From the NCBI GenBank assembly GCA_037379345.1, contig CM074515.1:8742001-8806000 (forward strand): DNA of 64,000 nt. Reading direction: 5' to 3'. Origin of the DNA: Perna viridis (Eukaryota). Under the pieces are notes generated by a model, which made no database searches, was not told the origin of the DNA, and saw only the letters and a program-made list of their open reading frames with translations. A program made the translations under genes and the position numbers. Positions 1-13,575 of the stretch are shown here, one piece after another (positions within the stretch are counted from its first letter, which is position 1; every line of letters begins with the position of its first letter).

Positions 1-1748
1 TATCCATTAAAGATCGAAATCGTTTTACACGACTAATCCTTAAAATAAGGGTATATATAAGTTACATTTTAAACGCACTTAAAAGCAGAAATGTCTCGAG
101 TCAACTTGAGGCTTTTTTCGACGGTCAAAAACGACCGGCTGAAGTGAAGTGAGAACCCTGGGATTATCTTTTGTGGTCCTAATGATCAAACGATTGATAA
201 ATTGTTGTTATTTTAAAGGATTAGTAACGATGCACATATCTGGGATGCCAGGTTAACAACAATTGAATGTATTTCACACCTGGTTGACCAGGTAATTATC
301 AAGCTTGGGGTAATAAACTTGTCAGAGCATAAGGCCAGGTGAAATTATGTAACTTTCGATTGACAGTTTTTAATAACATTTTTATTTAAGGTGGCGAAAA
401 TTTATCTGAAATACTTTTTGAATGGATTTTTTTTAATACACTTTTCAAATTTTAAGTGACGAATACGATCTAAATCCTTTCGTAAATGACGAAAATGACA
501 AGCACTAGCTAAATCAATGTATATATATCTTTTATTATTATTATTATGGCATTGTGTTGATTCAAACTGTAATTCAATATAATGTTGCAGCTCCACTTAG
601 AACCTTTCTGTTCTTATCGGGATTGAAATTTACTAGATCCCGTCAATAGGATCAGGGGAAATGATCATGTCCCCTGCACACCGCCTGCAGTTTCACTAAA
701 TTATTTTTGACTTGCAAAAAGTTTTAAATGAGGGATACTTGTCATGACATGGAACCAAAAAAAAATCTGGTAATTCAGAGATGGACCTATGGAATTCTAT
801 GTCCCCGCTGTGCCCACAAGCCACACTTTTTAAGCGCCATGCATGAACTATCTGTGCCAATGGCACAAGGGCACAGTCTGGAATGAACACTGGTATAGTT
901 TGGTCAATAGTTTTCCTTTACCATCAATCTTTAAGTGTAGGTCAAGATACGAGGCAGGATATTGACTACAACCAGCCAGGGCTATGTTAAAGACCATTTA
1001 TGTTAACAGTAGAGTCAATGAGCATTCTCAGTTAAACCTTCTGCCAATATTCCTTTTGTTCCACTTCAAGCTCTACCCCTAGATGTATGTACATGCTTCT
1101 CAACTACCCCACATTTAACACAACAGGGTATATTGAGATGACAAAAACAAAGGCATAGTTCTTCAGGCCGACCAAAGCCTCAGAGGCCCTACCAATTCCC
1201 AGACTAGAGCCAAAGGTAAACAGCATTTGTAAAAGAGGTAAAGGTCTAATCTGTAATACCAAAAAAAACAGTTGATTTAATCAAGATTTTGTATTTGTTG
1301 AGGTAAAAAGAAATGCTCCATTCAACAGTAAAGGAGGACAGTAGAACTGCCAATGATAGGGACAGAGCACCAGCAACATCTTCTGTAAGATGCTCTGAAA
1401 TACATAGCATGAAGTGATATATTTGAAAAAATGATGTATGCTGTTTGAAAGTCATTGTTTGAACCTTTTAACACAGACATAAATCATATGTTACTGGAAG
1501 TCTCTTATATTCCCATGAATCGAGATATCAGAGTTAAACAACATCGCATTTTGAAAACAAAGTCAAGTATCCTTTTCTTGGTACAAATAGCCCTGTCCCA
1601 AAATGGCCTAATGGACATAGACAAAGCTTATAACTAATCAGTCAACTTGAAATAAGCAATTAGTGAGATATCAGCTATATGAAATAGAATATATAACCTA
1701 AAATTGAAATGCTTTTCATTAATGTCTGGCGTAGAGATCTGTCTCTTA

Positions 1749-1920
1749 CAGTGGTTGGGAAGACAATTTTGAGATTGGGACTTCTAATTATACATCAGAG
1801 ATGTATTTACAATCTGAAGGGGCCATTTGTAAAAAAGCATAAAGTTTTCTTTTAGATGAAGAGGCCACTTACAGCCAGGAAGGACAAATGACCAGTGACA
1901 CCTTCCCTTCCCAACCCCTG
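1749..1920. mobile_element. Small hAT-like MITE
   Basis: 14-bp TIRs CAGTGGTTGGGAAG and CTTCCCAACCCCTG (1 mismatch); TSD degraded. Confidence 0.45.
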
Positions 1921-3039
1921 CTCCCAGTAAGTGTGATGTGTACTTGATATACAGTATAGTATGCCACCACAAATGGCAAAATGATGTATATATCTTCGCT
2001 CTTTTACGACATAATTTAGAAAAAAAGAGTACAGACTAAATATATTTTACATCATATGACTTAATCATTGATATGACAATATTATGGATTAAACAAACGA
2101 CATAATTACCATATTGTTACAATAGAGTGAGTGTGTTTTCAGATGAAGTGAGATGCCGACAGTTTTCCAGCCACGTCAATTCTCAACATATTCATCCGCT
2201 TATTTATCAGTAAATACGTAATCGACTGTCACAAAAAAGTATTTTTTTCAAAATAGTAAAGTTAATTTCACAAGTTCTGTTATGACATCATATGTGATTA
2301 TCGGTTTATTAAGAGAAGCCATTGAAACAAATTGAGGACTATATTTAACCGAGCAAATCGCCGGATTCGGTAAAAAAATAAGCCAAAAACCAAAGTTAAA
2401 TTTAAAGTATCACGGACTTCTTTTAATTGTTTGAATTTTCGTTGATTTGTTTTAAAAAAATAATGGAAATAAGTATACAATGTTATTTCGATATTTGTAC
2501 ACAAACATAATAAGTTTGATACAATGATATTCATCATGTTAAAGAAATTTACTTGATTGCTCATTGCTATCATTAAATTTGTATTGGTTTTCTATATTTT
2601 TGTCGCTCAGTTTCGTAAATTTAATGTAAAATTAAAAATATATATATATATAATCATATCTCTGTGAAAATTTTATGGATGTTTTAAGGTGACAATAAGA
2701 ATTCTTTTTCGCGTCCAAGGAAATTCGTAAATAAATATAAAAAAAATATAAGGGAATCACTAATTTTGAACAAGAGTGATAAGAAGCGACAAGAGACCAA
2801 AAGAAAGTATGTAGCAACAAGAAACAAACGATAGATATTTTTTGGTGAAAACGAAGCAAAAAGATTCTATAGAAAAGCAAAAACAAACTTATAAATTCAA
2901 CGATAACATAAGCATGTTTGGATCTTAGCAGGGGACTAAAAGGTATGCTTATCTAGTATTGGGTAATGCACAGGAACTAGACATTATATCATTTGAATTA
3001 CGAAAAAAGACAAGAAAATAAAAACCTGATTCTAACAAA

Positions 3040-3680
3040 AAGTACTCCGAGTCTGTTTAAATGTTGTAATTTTTGGTCGACAAAAATTTTGTTGAATTGG
3101 GAGATGAGTTCCAGCAGACCACCGGAATACCCATGGGAACGAATTGTGCACCGCTCTTTGCCGATCTGTTCCTATATTCGTATGAAGCTAGGTACTACAG
3201 GAAAAAAGTTAAGCATAGTCTGAATAATCCTAGCTTCAATGATTACCTACATCTATTCTACCCAAATGAACTTGAAATTAAAGAGACAAATGATACACCT
3301 TCGTCTGCCTTGTACCTTTACCCTAATTTGTACATAGATAACACAGAGTGTTTGAAAGCGGACCTTTATGACAAACGGGTTGATTTTAAATTCCCAATAG
3401 TAAACTTTCTCTTTCTTATTGGCACTATACCAACATCTCCAGCCGATTTGGGTATACATTTCACAGTTGACCCGTTATTGTCGAGCCTGTGACTTTCCCA
3501 ATAGAGCAAGGGTATTGTTGAATAAACTTCGTTTTAGGGGTATGTTCATCCTTTGTTAATATAATCACCACAGAAGTTTTACAGTCGGCATCACAATTCT
3601 ATTGACCGATATGATGTTTCTATCTCACAAATGAGACAGAATCTTTAATAAGATTCAACGTCTAACCAGATTGACTATCT
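3040..3680 (+). mobile_element. Penelope-like retroelement reverse transcriptase remnant
   Basis: QQTTGIPMGTNCAPLFADLFLYSYE ... YPNELEIKET ... LYDKRVDFKFPIVNF; the catalytic YxDD segment is missing and the frame breaks downstream. Confidence 0.8.
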
Positions 3681-3894
3681 ACCAAACTTACAATTACTAC
3701 CTACAGTGATGTAGCTCCTTTGACACAAGTCAAAGTAGCTAAATCATATGATGCACTACGATTCTCAATTAAAATTGTATATAAATCACACTGTCCACGT
3801 GTGAGGGCATTGAAACTATACAGAAATATATTTCATTTCCTTTGTAATCTTCAAGTATTGTTTTCTTGCAAGTGATTTCTATCCTACGATTTTT

Positions 3895-4185
3895 TGCTAA
3901 CCCCGCTGCATTTTTTGCGCCAGCCCCAATTCAGAAATTTCTGGCCTCTAGCTGTATGTATTGTTTCGTTTTCTCTTTCAGTTTACTTTTATGTTGCTGG
4001 AGTATAGAGGGACAACTTTTTCGTTGTACATGTGTATGATGTTGTTTGAGGTCAGCTGCAGCCTTCTTTGTGGTGTGAAAGTTTCCTCGTCGTTCACTGA
4101 AGGCCGATGGGTGGCTCTGAGCTGACATTTTTCATCCCGATGGGGTTGTTGTTGTCTTTTTGACATATTCACTATATCCAAACTC
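3895..4185. mobile_element. SINE-like interspersed repeat, copy 1
   Basis: Clearly homologous to 11403-11690 and 21540-21695 (e.g. gaatttctggcctct, ggggttgt...tttgacatattcac). Confidence 0.7.
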
Positions 4186-4694
4186 GTTATATATCAAGTT
4201 CAAGATCAAATCCTTGCGTTTTAAAGTACACAGTAGTAGTGTACTATCATTTTTGGGGTGATTTTTATCATATTAGTTTTATTTGTCTATTTCGGGCAAT
4301 TTTTTACCATTTCGGTATTATTTTCGTTGTTACATCATGATACTTTTTTGAATTGAATGATTTCGCCCTAGTCACGATGAACTGTTTTCCTTATCTTCAG
4401 TTTTTATGTGCAATCTATTTTATTCGAACCGTGTATGTAGATCGTCTTTGTTTACCTGTGTTCACGTTCATGCTATCTTTTAGGTTTTTGACGCATCTGA
4501 ATTATCCCACTGCTGACGCATCGGTATATTTGCTGATATCTGGAAACTGTCAATGTGTATCTCAAATAACTCCTTCTAGAATTAAGGGGAAATAGATTTA
4601 TTTAAGTATACGCGTATTTCGACCATTGACGTCTCATCAGTTACGCTTTATAACAAAATTATGTATTTTTGTTAACTGCGGAACTGGGCGTACT

Positions 4695-4915
4695 TTAACA
4701 GGATTTGTGCAAGCAGGCAATCGAGTTATTATGAAACAGGTTAGGAGTTACTAGAAGACAGAAGACTATTCAAGTCTTAACATGTTTTACACTATTCATA
4801 ACCATCTGTGTCCAAAATGCCGATACTACGATACCCCACTGCTTCAGATTACATTGTAACTATAAGTACTGAAAGGTCACTTTTCTATTCAACAGTAAGA
4901 GACTGGAATCTGCTA
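4695..4915 (+). mobile_element. Degenerate 3' fragment of a CR1/L2-type LINE ORF2
   Basis: Broken-frame remnants LEDRR and STVRDWNLL typical of the C-terminus of such LINE RTs. Confidence 0.5.
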
Positions 4916-5317
4916 TTTAGAGAATAGAACAAAAGCATTTTCAAAAGAATCATATAAGGACAACGAGAAAAAACCCTTTTCAGTATTGGTGAAAGGAAAG
5001 TTAATGTTATATACATACCAGGCTAAGAAACATGTGCAGTTCTCTAAATGCTGATTTATTTCGTATAAATGTAGTGCCATTCCCTTCTTGTAGTTGTAGA
5101 CATCATTTCGAAGATTGCATCCACGCATTTTTTATGGAATGCAATTTGTATAATGAGCATAGAAATTCCCTGCTGGCCAAGTGCTGTGGCACGGTTAGGC
5201 GGTTTTAACGTAACAACAGAATTTCTGTTGGCTGGTGATGAAAATCTTCCATATGATGAAATCGTATTCATCATTTTATCAAAAAACCTATTTCCTCTGA
5301 CCGTGGACTTTAATTGA

Positions 5318-5567
5318 GGCATTGATCATTATATTAGCGGGGTGGGGGAGGTGCTGGGATTTTTTTTTTTTTTTTGAGAAAAAAAATGATTATCACTCAA
5401 AAAAATTATGAATCTATATTTCCCCCGTTATTTAACAATGCAGATTTTAAATAAAAATATTGATTTCGTTTGCTGTTGAAATATAAGTTTTGTGCTTGCG
5501 CGAACAAAAAATCTTACCCGACATCAAATCCTAGGCCCGATCCCTCAGAATAAAAATTGACAATGCC
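5318..5567. mobile_element. PIF/Harbinger-like MITE
   Basis: Imperfect TIRs GGCATTGATCATT and AATTGACAATGCC flanked by TGA/TAA. Confidence 0.45.
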
Positions 5568-5989
5568 TAAACAATAAATACTACCTGCCCTGACGTTATA
5601 CAAAACTTCTTTTTTATAAAACTCCCATGCAGCGTTTTGTTTTTGTTTTTGTTTTTTATTTTTGTTTTGTTTTGTTTTTAGGATGCGGCACTCTTTCTAT
5701 TGTGTCACTTTTTATATCTGGCTAACTTTTCCCATCTTTTATATCTTTTGTCGCTTAAAAGTATATGTTATGGCAATTAATTTCAATCAATAGCCAAAAT
5801 TTATTCATATCATGTACTACTAAAATTTATTTTTTCCCTGTTTTGAGATTTTTCAGTATTGATATTCACAGTTTTATGTTTATTGCAATGCTCAGGCAAA
5901 GTTAAGTTGAGAGATTCAGCTCTTTTCCTTTAATTTGTCTATTTTCATTTAATTTTTTTGTTCTCCTTTCATTTAACATATTATTGGTG

Positions 5990-6210
5990 CTATTCCACGG
6001 TTTCTCGTCTCTGTAGTTCTCCTTTTTGTATTTTTTTAAAAACCATCTTGATGTTTCCTGTCACTTCGTGGCGTTTCTTGTCGGCCCTAGTCGTTAATTA
6101 ATGAGACCAAATTAGGGGTATTCCGAACGTCACTCAAATCTGGAACAAAGACCAGACAAACATAAACTATATATTTATGATTCTTTCCCCAATTTCACTG
6201 ATAAGTAAGT
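5990..6210 (+). promoter_or_regulatory. Probable promoter / non-coding first exon (donor GTAAGT at 6205)
   Basis: Local CpG cluster followed by a consensus donor and then a sustained CpG-depleted gene body. Confidence 0.35.
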
Positions 6211-7140
6211 ACGAATCGTTGTAATATAAAGGCTTTTGTTGCCAAATACTGATCTTCCACATACATATTTAATCGTCAGCGACAGAGGTGTAATAAGATT
6301 GGATAAAACTGCAGCACTGTCTGACATTTTATTTAAAATTAAAATTAATAAAAATGATTTTTGCAGTCAAGACAGGTGACAGTTATAGAAAGCAGGTACA
6401 AGTACTGAAACTTTTACTACAAACACAGTATTGTTGGAACATTAGGGTGTCTTCATACTGATTAGTTGTTATGTACACAAATTGTCTCTTGATTCTTGAC
6501 AATCTTGTAGTTGTACTGCCTACTGCCGTACTGGTCTGAGAGTAGATTTGGCAGTTATGAAGACAGAAGCAATTCTTGCCAATCTGCTCACCAAAATTTT
6601 ATTCCTCAGTGAAAATCATTTTATGATGGCTCATTTTCAAGAGTAAAATATCAGCAATCTATTAGATGTTTTTTCTTAAATTTTTGGCATGAACTTGTTT
6701 CACTGGAGAGGATGGAAAATTGGTCGGCAAGAATTACTTGCTGGAGAGAAGTACTCCTTGACTAGAAGTTGTAAATAATTTGAGGCAGATGTAACCTGTA
6801 AGAGGACAAAGTTGAATATATAGATATATTTAAAAATCTTGTCACTATTTTCCCCCTTTTCCCATTTTCTAGAAATCTTGATGGTCTTGTAACTTATTGT
6901 CGCTTCTTGACAATTCTTTTTACGGTATTTTATAGCTTCAATGGATAGGAATGTTGTGTTTTGCTTTGACCAAAAATTCTCAAGTGGTCAATATAGTAAA
7001 TTTTATCGATTTTTTTTACATTTAAGAGCCAGCTTTACTTGCTTATAATCTTATAATTTAAGAAATTTACTCAGGAGACAACATCTTTGTAATTTTTATA
7101 AATCAGTTTTCATAAATTGTATAAAAGAAGATAAGATATT

Positions 7141-7853
7141 CAGTGTGGGAAACCATTTTTTTTCACAACTTGCCATACTGGCTAGTGGAAATTTTTTTTG
7201 GTTTTTTGTCTGTACTATCATCTGTTTTCTCTTGGATTTGACTATCTTTTGCCTTTCTTTTTCTTTCTTCAAATATCTTTTCATTTGTTTCTAAATTTAT
7301 CAAAAACTTTTCCATTTTTGAATATTCCCTCCCGTTGAAGTTTTTCAAGTACTCCATTTCTGAAATCATATTTAAAAAATAAATTATATTTCAACAGATT
7401 CATCATCATGAAACAAGAAAATGTTTACCATTTGCTTATTGTTCAATTTTATTTTGACAATAAGCAACTAATTTGCAAGGTAACATTTCATAAATTACCA
7501 AGATAATTTCTTTTGACTGCTAATACGAGATCGGGACCATTGCATAAGTTTTGGCACATCCTGTTTACTGGAAATTAAAATGGCAGATTGTAAACAATGC
7601 TTTACAAGTCAATAAAATTGTGCAGAATTCACTTGACATATTCAAGCTAAACGTCTTGATATGTAGGGAACATTTTTTTAATGTATGATGTTGAGGGATG
7701 TTTAACTAAATAAGCTGTTGGCTGGTTAACTTTCCTTGGAACTCGCCAGTCAAATGACGGTTACCAAATTAACGAGTGTAAGCTAATGAGAACTCGCCAA
7801 ATTACACATCTACTTGTATTTGGCGAGCTGGCGAGCGGTGGTTTCCCACACTG
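7141..7853. mobile_element. Non-autonomous DNA transposon, hAT-like, 6-bp TSD
   Basis: Perfect 15-bp TIR CAGTGTGGGAAACCA and TGGTTTCCCACACTG; GATATT on both flanks. Confidence 0.8.
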
Positions 7854-7857
7854 GATA

Positions 7858-8405
7858 TTTTTACCCCAAGCAATTACATTGTTTATCTGGTCTCTCCATC
7901 TCTCTGTTATTCCATCAATCATTACTATATTGTAAGCTCAACTCCTCAGAAAAGGCTTAATGGATTCCTTCCATATTTGGTAGCATGTATTGTAAAAAGA
8001 TGATGATGTGCATACTATACTGCCATTTTGATTTGACTAATTTTGTAGGATATTCCAGCAGAAAATGTCCCTTCAAAATAAGAAATTTTTTCCTAAGACC
8101 GTTAAAGAATGGCCCATTGAAATTCTCAAGATCGTTCAAAATGGTCCATTCCAAAAATGTGAATCCCAGTCTTGTCTAAGGCTATTTTCAAATGTTGATA
8201 AAGGCAAAAGACCATGTGAGCGCAACTCCTCTGAAACTGCTTGATGAATTTCTTCCATATTTAGTAGGATTTATTGTTATAGAGTGAAGATGTGCCGTTT
8301 CGATTGGATGCATTTTGTAGGAGTTATTTTCAGCAGTTCATAAGGCAAAAGTTAACATAGAAATCCTGACATGTAACATGCCAGGGATATCCCATTCCAC
8401 CACAT
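7858..8405 (+). mobile_element. Degenerate Helentron-type non-autonomous element (HINE/pearl-like)
   Basis: T-run start and an internally repeated block (gctcaactcctc...ttccatatttggtag, twice). Confidence 0.4.
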
Positions 8406-10467
8406 GGGGCACACAACCCAGTTTCTCTGTGGGGAGAGTGCTGTAGCCCCCAGCTATGGTTCTGAGCACTATTTAGTTGCCTTTTACGACAAACTTAGTG
8501 CTGCTGCGGGCCTTTTCTTTTGACACCCTGACCAGCACAAGGTTTATGAAACTTGCACACCTTTTTACTGTTACTATGTACTATTAATACTTGGTCTTTA
8601 TACACATTTAAGAAGGTTTTTTTTTTATAAATACAGTATCAAACAGTATTCATCTAAACAAGTTGAAATTTTCCCCAATATCTCCCAAATTTCATATATG
8701 ACAATTATTGCTTAGCTAACTTAAGGACCATATTAAAGTTGGTTTAACTTATTTTATTATAATTCAAAGTTTGTCCATTTGTTGAAGTATTTTTGTATAA
8801 ATAGTGTTTTTGTTACCCATTATTTGCCCTGAAAACATACTTTTTCCTGTTGAAAAAGTTAATTTATGACATAATCTTGCAAAATTCCTCAAAATTACAG
8901 TTTACCCAAGACTGTATACATGTACTTCCAGAATGTTGCCCAAACCTACTAAAGCGGACATTCAAAAAAATATATAAGGAAAAAAATCACTAGTAAACAT
9001 GTGAAAGGAAGTTCTGGTGCCTAAATTTTATGTACAAGCACAGATTTTAAAAACATCTGTATTTCAGCACAGTTCAAAACAATCAAACCTGCCAACCTAA
9101 AATGCACTTGGGGGCTAGGGCATTCATCCACTGGGCACAAAGTAAAGAGAGGATTGGTCATGATGCATGATGTGTCTGTTTGGACTGAGTGGAACCAAAT
9201 CTTTTCTTCCTTAAATTAAAATAGTATGTTATGTTGATTTGAGGGTGACATTTGAAATTTCGATTGTTTATATCATGACATTTAGCAAAATTATGTCCCA
9301 TTGTGGATTCTTTTTCCAAGATGATAAAACACCATGGATCATAGCTAATGATGGGTTAAAAGTCATTTTGGTGGGTGTGACTTGCCAACACTGGGTCAAA
9401 TGGATTAAGCTATTAGTTTGACACATTATCATGTACTTAATTTTTTGGCTGTTATCCTGTCAGAATGACTTTAGGGCTTGCATACATCTAGATGGTGTCA
9501 GAGAAGTCCATAAGTTAGAGGTTTCCCTTTACCAGTTGAGCTTTGGCCAGAGTTTCCTACATGTATATGATCAGTGGACCAAGGAGAGGTAAGCCCTTTA
9601 TTGGTCAGACTGGGACTTAAATATTTGAATCACACTTAACAAGAGTGTCATTAGGGAAACATGTAGTAAAATATATAAAATTAGAAGAAATATATTGACC
9701 AGTTTCCAGCAGGTTACTATGATGTTAGGGACCTCCACCCTGCTTGTGCTTTCCATTGAGACAATTATCACGATTGTTTTTAATTGCATAGTTATACCAA
9801 CCAAATTATTACTCTTTCATGAGTGAAGTCTAGATGGGAAGGAGATTTCTATATATTTGGGTATGGTTTGGAACAGAATTTATGGGTTTGGTCACAGGAA
9901 CATGTCTAGGCCAGCCCACAAGCTTCTGTGGCCATGCAAGCGGTATTGTGCATTTAGTTGTTGACTTTGTCCTTACATGCTGATGATAGTGTGTTTACCA
10001 GGATGGAATCATGTCTCCCTCATTCCTCCAGAGAAATGAGGTACTTTGGAGTTCAGCTGAATGGTCAGTGATTTGATACATTGTAACAAGAATCATCATC
10101 CAGTCTGAGCCTTTAGCTACTAGTTTTATGCCAGAACCAGGTAAAGACTGTTTCGGGCTAGTGGAAATGTTCTTGCCTGTAAGAGAAGTTGATGAAATTT
10201 ATGTTTGGGACTAAAAGCTAAACAAAATTTTTGCATGGACTGGACCATCTGCTTACAGATGGGAACTGTATTTTGCAGCTTCAGTCGGGTTGTAGTAGGT
10301 ATCTATAAACTGTGGGTTGAAGTATGCCAGGTAGAATATCAAGATGATAATTCAGATTTGTGTTTCTTAAAGAATGTCAGATTACAAAATGTGTCAGTAG
10401 GTGTGATTGGTGAGGAATTGCCTGATCAACTGTATCTTTTTATAGAATATTATTTAGAATTCAATAG

Positions 10468-10690
10468 TACTGTAAAAGTACCTAGTACATGTACTGTTGT
10501 TTGTGGAGTACCAATTTTCGTGTTTTTTGTGGGTAGACCAAACCACGAAATTTGGTTCTCAGTGAAAAGGAGAATCCCATTGATATATATATTGAAAACC
10601 TTAAAACCACAAATTCAAGAATCCATTAACTTGTGTTTCTTCCCTGATCCACGAAAATTGGTATCAAGGAATTAAAGTACTTTCACAGTA
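10468..10690. mobile_element. MITE with TACTGT...ACAGTA ends
   Basis: Inverted termini tactgtaaaagtac...taccaattttcgtg and cacgaaaattggta...gtactttcacagta. Confidence 0.65.
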
Positions 10691-11402
10691 TTTCATTTTG
10701 CACAGTAATCAGAAGTGGGGAACTTTATCAAATCACGGAAGTACAAAAAATGTAGATGTTTAGATCCAAATCTAGTATGGTCAGAAATTCTGTACCATGC
10801 ATAATCATTTTTGAACCGATACAAGGAACTCCCTCTCAAATAAATACAGATACACTTGTGAATGATTAATACATGTAGGTATTTCTTACCCTTTGTTTTA
10901 CCATAGTATTCTACACAAAGCAGAGAAACTCAATACCCACCGAGTAAGTTAACTAAACTATTGAATAGGCTCATTTATTAGGGACATAGGTATGATACTG
11001 TTGTCAAATCGTTAAGGATAGCATTTTTGGTATTAACATTGATTCCCTCATAGGGCTTTTACATTGTCATAGAAATTATAACACTATATTTAAAAGCAGT
11101 TTTTGGCATGACATGGGTTGTGTCTTTATTGTTTGACTGATGATGTACTATGATTTTCAACCCCACATTGGAAGAGTTGGGATTGATTTTGCATACTATG
11201 GGGACATAACGTTTTGAAGATTTAAACTGGTCTGAAGCTGGCATGTCAATTAACTTCTAGTAGTCCTTTAGTTTGTACATTTGTGTAATTTATATTCAGT
11301 TTTTTTATTTCAGTTGTAACAAGGGACCTTTTTGAACTGATTTTTAGGTGTATTTAATATTTTTCCGCGATGGCCAGATTTTAAATGTGATCATGCCAAA
11401 TT

Positions 11403-11690
11403 ATTTTAACCCTGCTGCATTTTTTGCATCTGACCCAAGTCAGGAATTTCTGGCCTCTGTACATATATGTTTTGTTTCATTTTCACCTTTAGTTTATTTT
11501 TTATGTTGTTTGAGTATATAGGGGCAATTTTTCACTGTACTTGTGTATAATGATGTTTTGAGGCCAAATGCAGCCTGCCCTGTGGTATAAGGGTTTCCTT
11601 TGCATTCATTGATGACCAGTGGGTGGCTTTTGGCTGACAATTTCATCAGGGTAGGGTTGTTGACATATATACCATACTTATTCTCATTTT
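11403..11690. mobile_element. SINE-like interspersed repeat, copy 2
   Basis: Homologous to 3895-4185 along its length. Confidence 0.7.
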
Positions 11691-11773
11691 ACTATGCAAC
11701 TTCAAAAGATCCTTGAGTATTTAACTAATTTACCATCCTTATATATACATGAGAACATGCCTTTCTGTTTCAG

Positions 11774-11875
11774 ATAAGAATTTTGCAACTGACTTTTCAA
11801 ACAGCTATGTGAACAAATTAGGTGAAATGTAATTTAAAGATGTTCTGAACTAACAGATATGGCAAAATGTGCTGG
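11774..11875 (+). other. Candidate upstream exon with ATG at 11859 (MAKCA-G), phase 2
   Basis: Acceptor ctttctgtttcag, consensus donor TGG|GTAAGT, ATG context gatATGG, phase compatible with 34021. Confidence 0.5.
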
Positions 11876-11912
11876 GTAAGTATTAAACTGACAGTTTCAT
11901 TTGATAATTTAA

Positions 11913-12124
11913 GGAGGTAGACTTAGGATAAGGGACATAACTCATAACATCAGGGATATATTTGTATCATATTCAATTTCACCAAAGTCTTTCAAGCTTT
12001 CATTTGAAACAGAATGAAATTAATCCAAGTTACTTTGATGCTTACATGAGAATGATGTAAAATACTTAATACAAATGTTCCAATGATTTGTAAGAGTTGT
12101 GTCCCTTACCTTAGGTCTACTACC
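11913..12124. mobile_element. Kolobok-like MITE, TTAA TSD
   Basis: ~30-bp imperfect TIRs (ggaggtagacttaggataagggacataactc and gagttgtgtcccttaccttaggtctactacc) flanked by TTAA. Confidence 0.75.
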
Positions 12125-13351
12125 TTAAATAAGCATAAAAGATTGTGGACTATTGTACTTCATCTGCATTTGTACCAAGTCAGAGCATCATTGATATCAG
12201 GTGAAGAATGCATTTTGGATGGTTACTATATGTGTATATTTGCAGTGACAAACCTGTTGCCTGCTGCATGGCCCCATAATTTTAAGTTCTAAACTTTAAA
12301 TGGTATTGATCTATTTTGTTTTCCCTGTGATTGTAGTTTGATTTTGCTAAACTTTCATAGATGTCAAGTTGTCAATCAGTATTTGAGTATTAAAGTTAAT
12401 TTTATGTATCAGATTCTGACTTTAAGCACCGGACTACATTATAATGGTTCATTTTTATCATTGACTATTATGCATATCCAGTCATTACCCCTGCAAAGGA
12501 GGAGTATATCATTTTATTGTAGTGATTTCCATGTGTGTGCCTAATGTATGAATGTGTATATGACAGGAGAAAAAAAACGCTAGAACATGGTAAGAGGTGA
12601 ATCTCTTTTTGAATTTTCTTAATCAGTGTCAAACTTTTATTGTTTAAATAATTCTAAACATTTGAAACACATAGTTAACTCCCTTTTCTCAGGGACGAAT
12701 TTTATACAAGTGTTGTTGATGTTTACTTGTAGAGTCAAGGTCAGCTGAGATGAATAGCACAGGGAAAATTTAATAAAAAGTGTAGCACATAATTTATATA
12801 AAAATGTATTTCCACTAACCCCATTGTGACCTGATCATGGCTCTGGTAAAGTTAATTACTGGAACAGCTCTTATGTAGCCTGTTATTGTATATTTGATGA
12901 AAAAAATATTCTCGAAACAATCTTCTCCAAAAATATTATTATTCAATTAGAATGTAGCATCATGTGGTTACAAGTTTATTGATGGCTTTATGGGATGGTT
13001 GACTCTGTAGGTAGATGTCTGTAAATTGGCTGACATGGGAATTTTGAAAAGAATAAACTAAAAATTGGATCATAGCTCTTTAGTAACAATATTGTTAGTT
13101 TGGAAGGGACAGTCTGATAATCAAGCAGACTTACACTGTAATTACTTAGGCAGCTATTACCAGCTAATTGGCTAATATGGAAATGTTTATAAATGATTAA
13201 GATGCTAAACTATACCGATTTAAAACAAAGTGTTTTTCATGGAACATTTTCTACACCAAACAAGTTTGGGACTAAAGACAGTAAATGTTTGTTTTGTTAA
13301 GACTTAAACGAGTACATTAAAACTTTTATAAAGGGACTTTAGAAGATGTAT

Positions 13352-13575
13352 GGTATTCATGGTTTGGTTAATACAGGATCCACTATGGTATAGACAGGTA
13401 TTCATGGTTTGGTTAATACAGGATCCATTATGGTATAGACAGGTATTCATGGTTTGGTTAATACAGGATCCACTATGGTATAGACAGGTGTTCATGGTTT
13501 GGTTACTACAGGATCCATTATGGTATAGACAGGTATTCATGGTTCGGTTAATATAGGATCCACTTAGTTCCATGG
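13352..13575. repeat. 45-bp minisatellite, ~5 copies
   Basis: Unit ggtattcatggtttggttaatacaggatccactatggtatagaca. Confidence 0.95.

Noticed and set aside
3073-3492. Functional reverse transcriptase
   Set aside because: Catalytic YxDD region deleted, frameshifted and truncated
10205-10675. 156-aa ORF
   Set aside because: TTG start, runs through a MITE, no domain similarity
13304-13573. Repetitive Cys/His-rich and hydrophobic ORFs on both strands
   Set aside because: Open only because the 45-bp minisatellite unit is a multiple of 3; no splice or homology support
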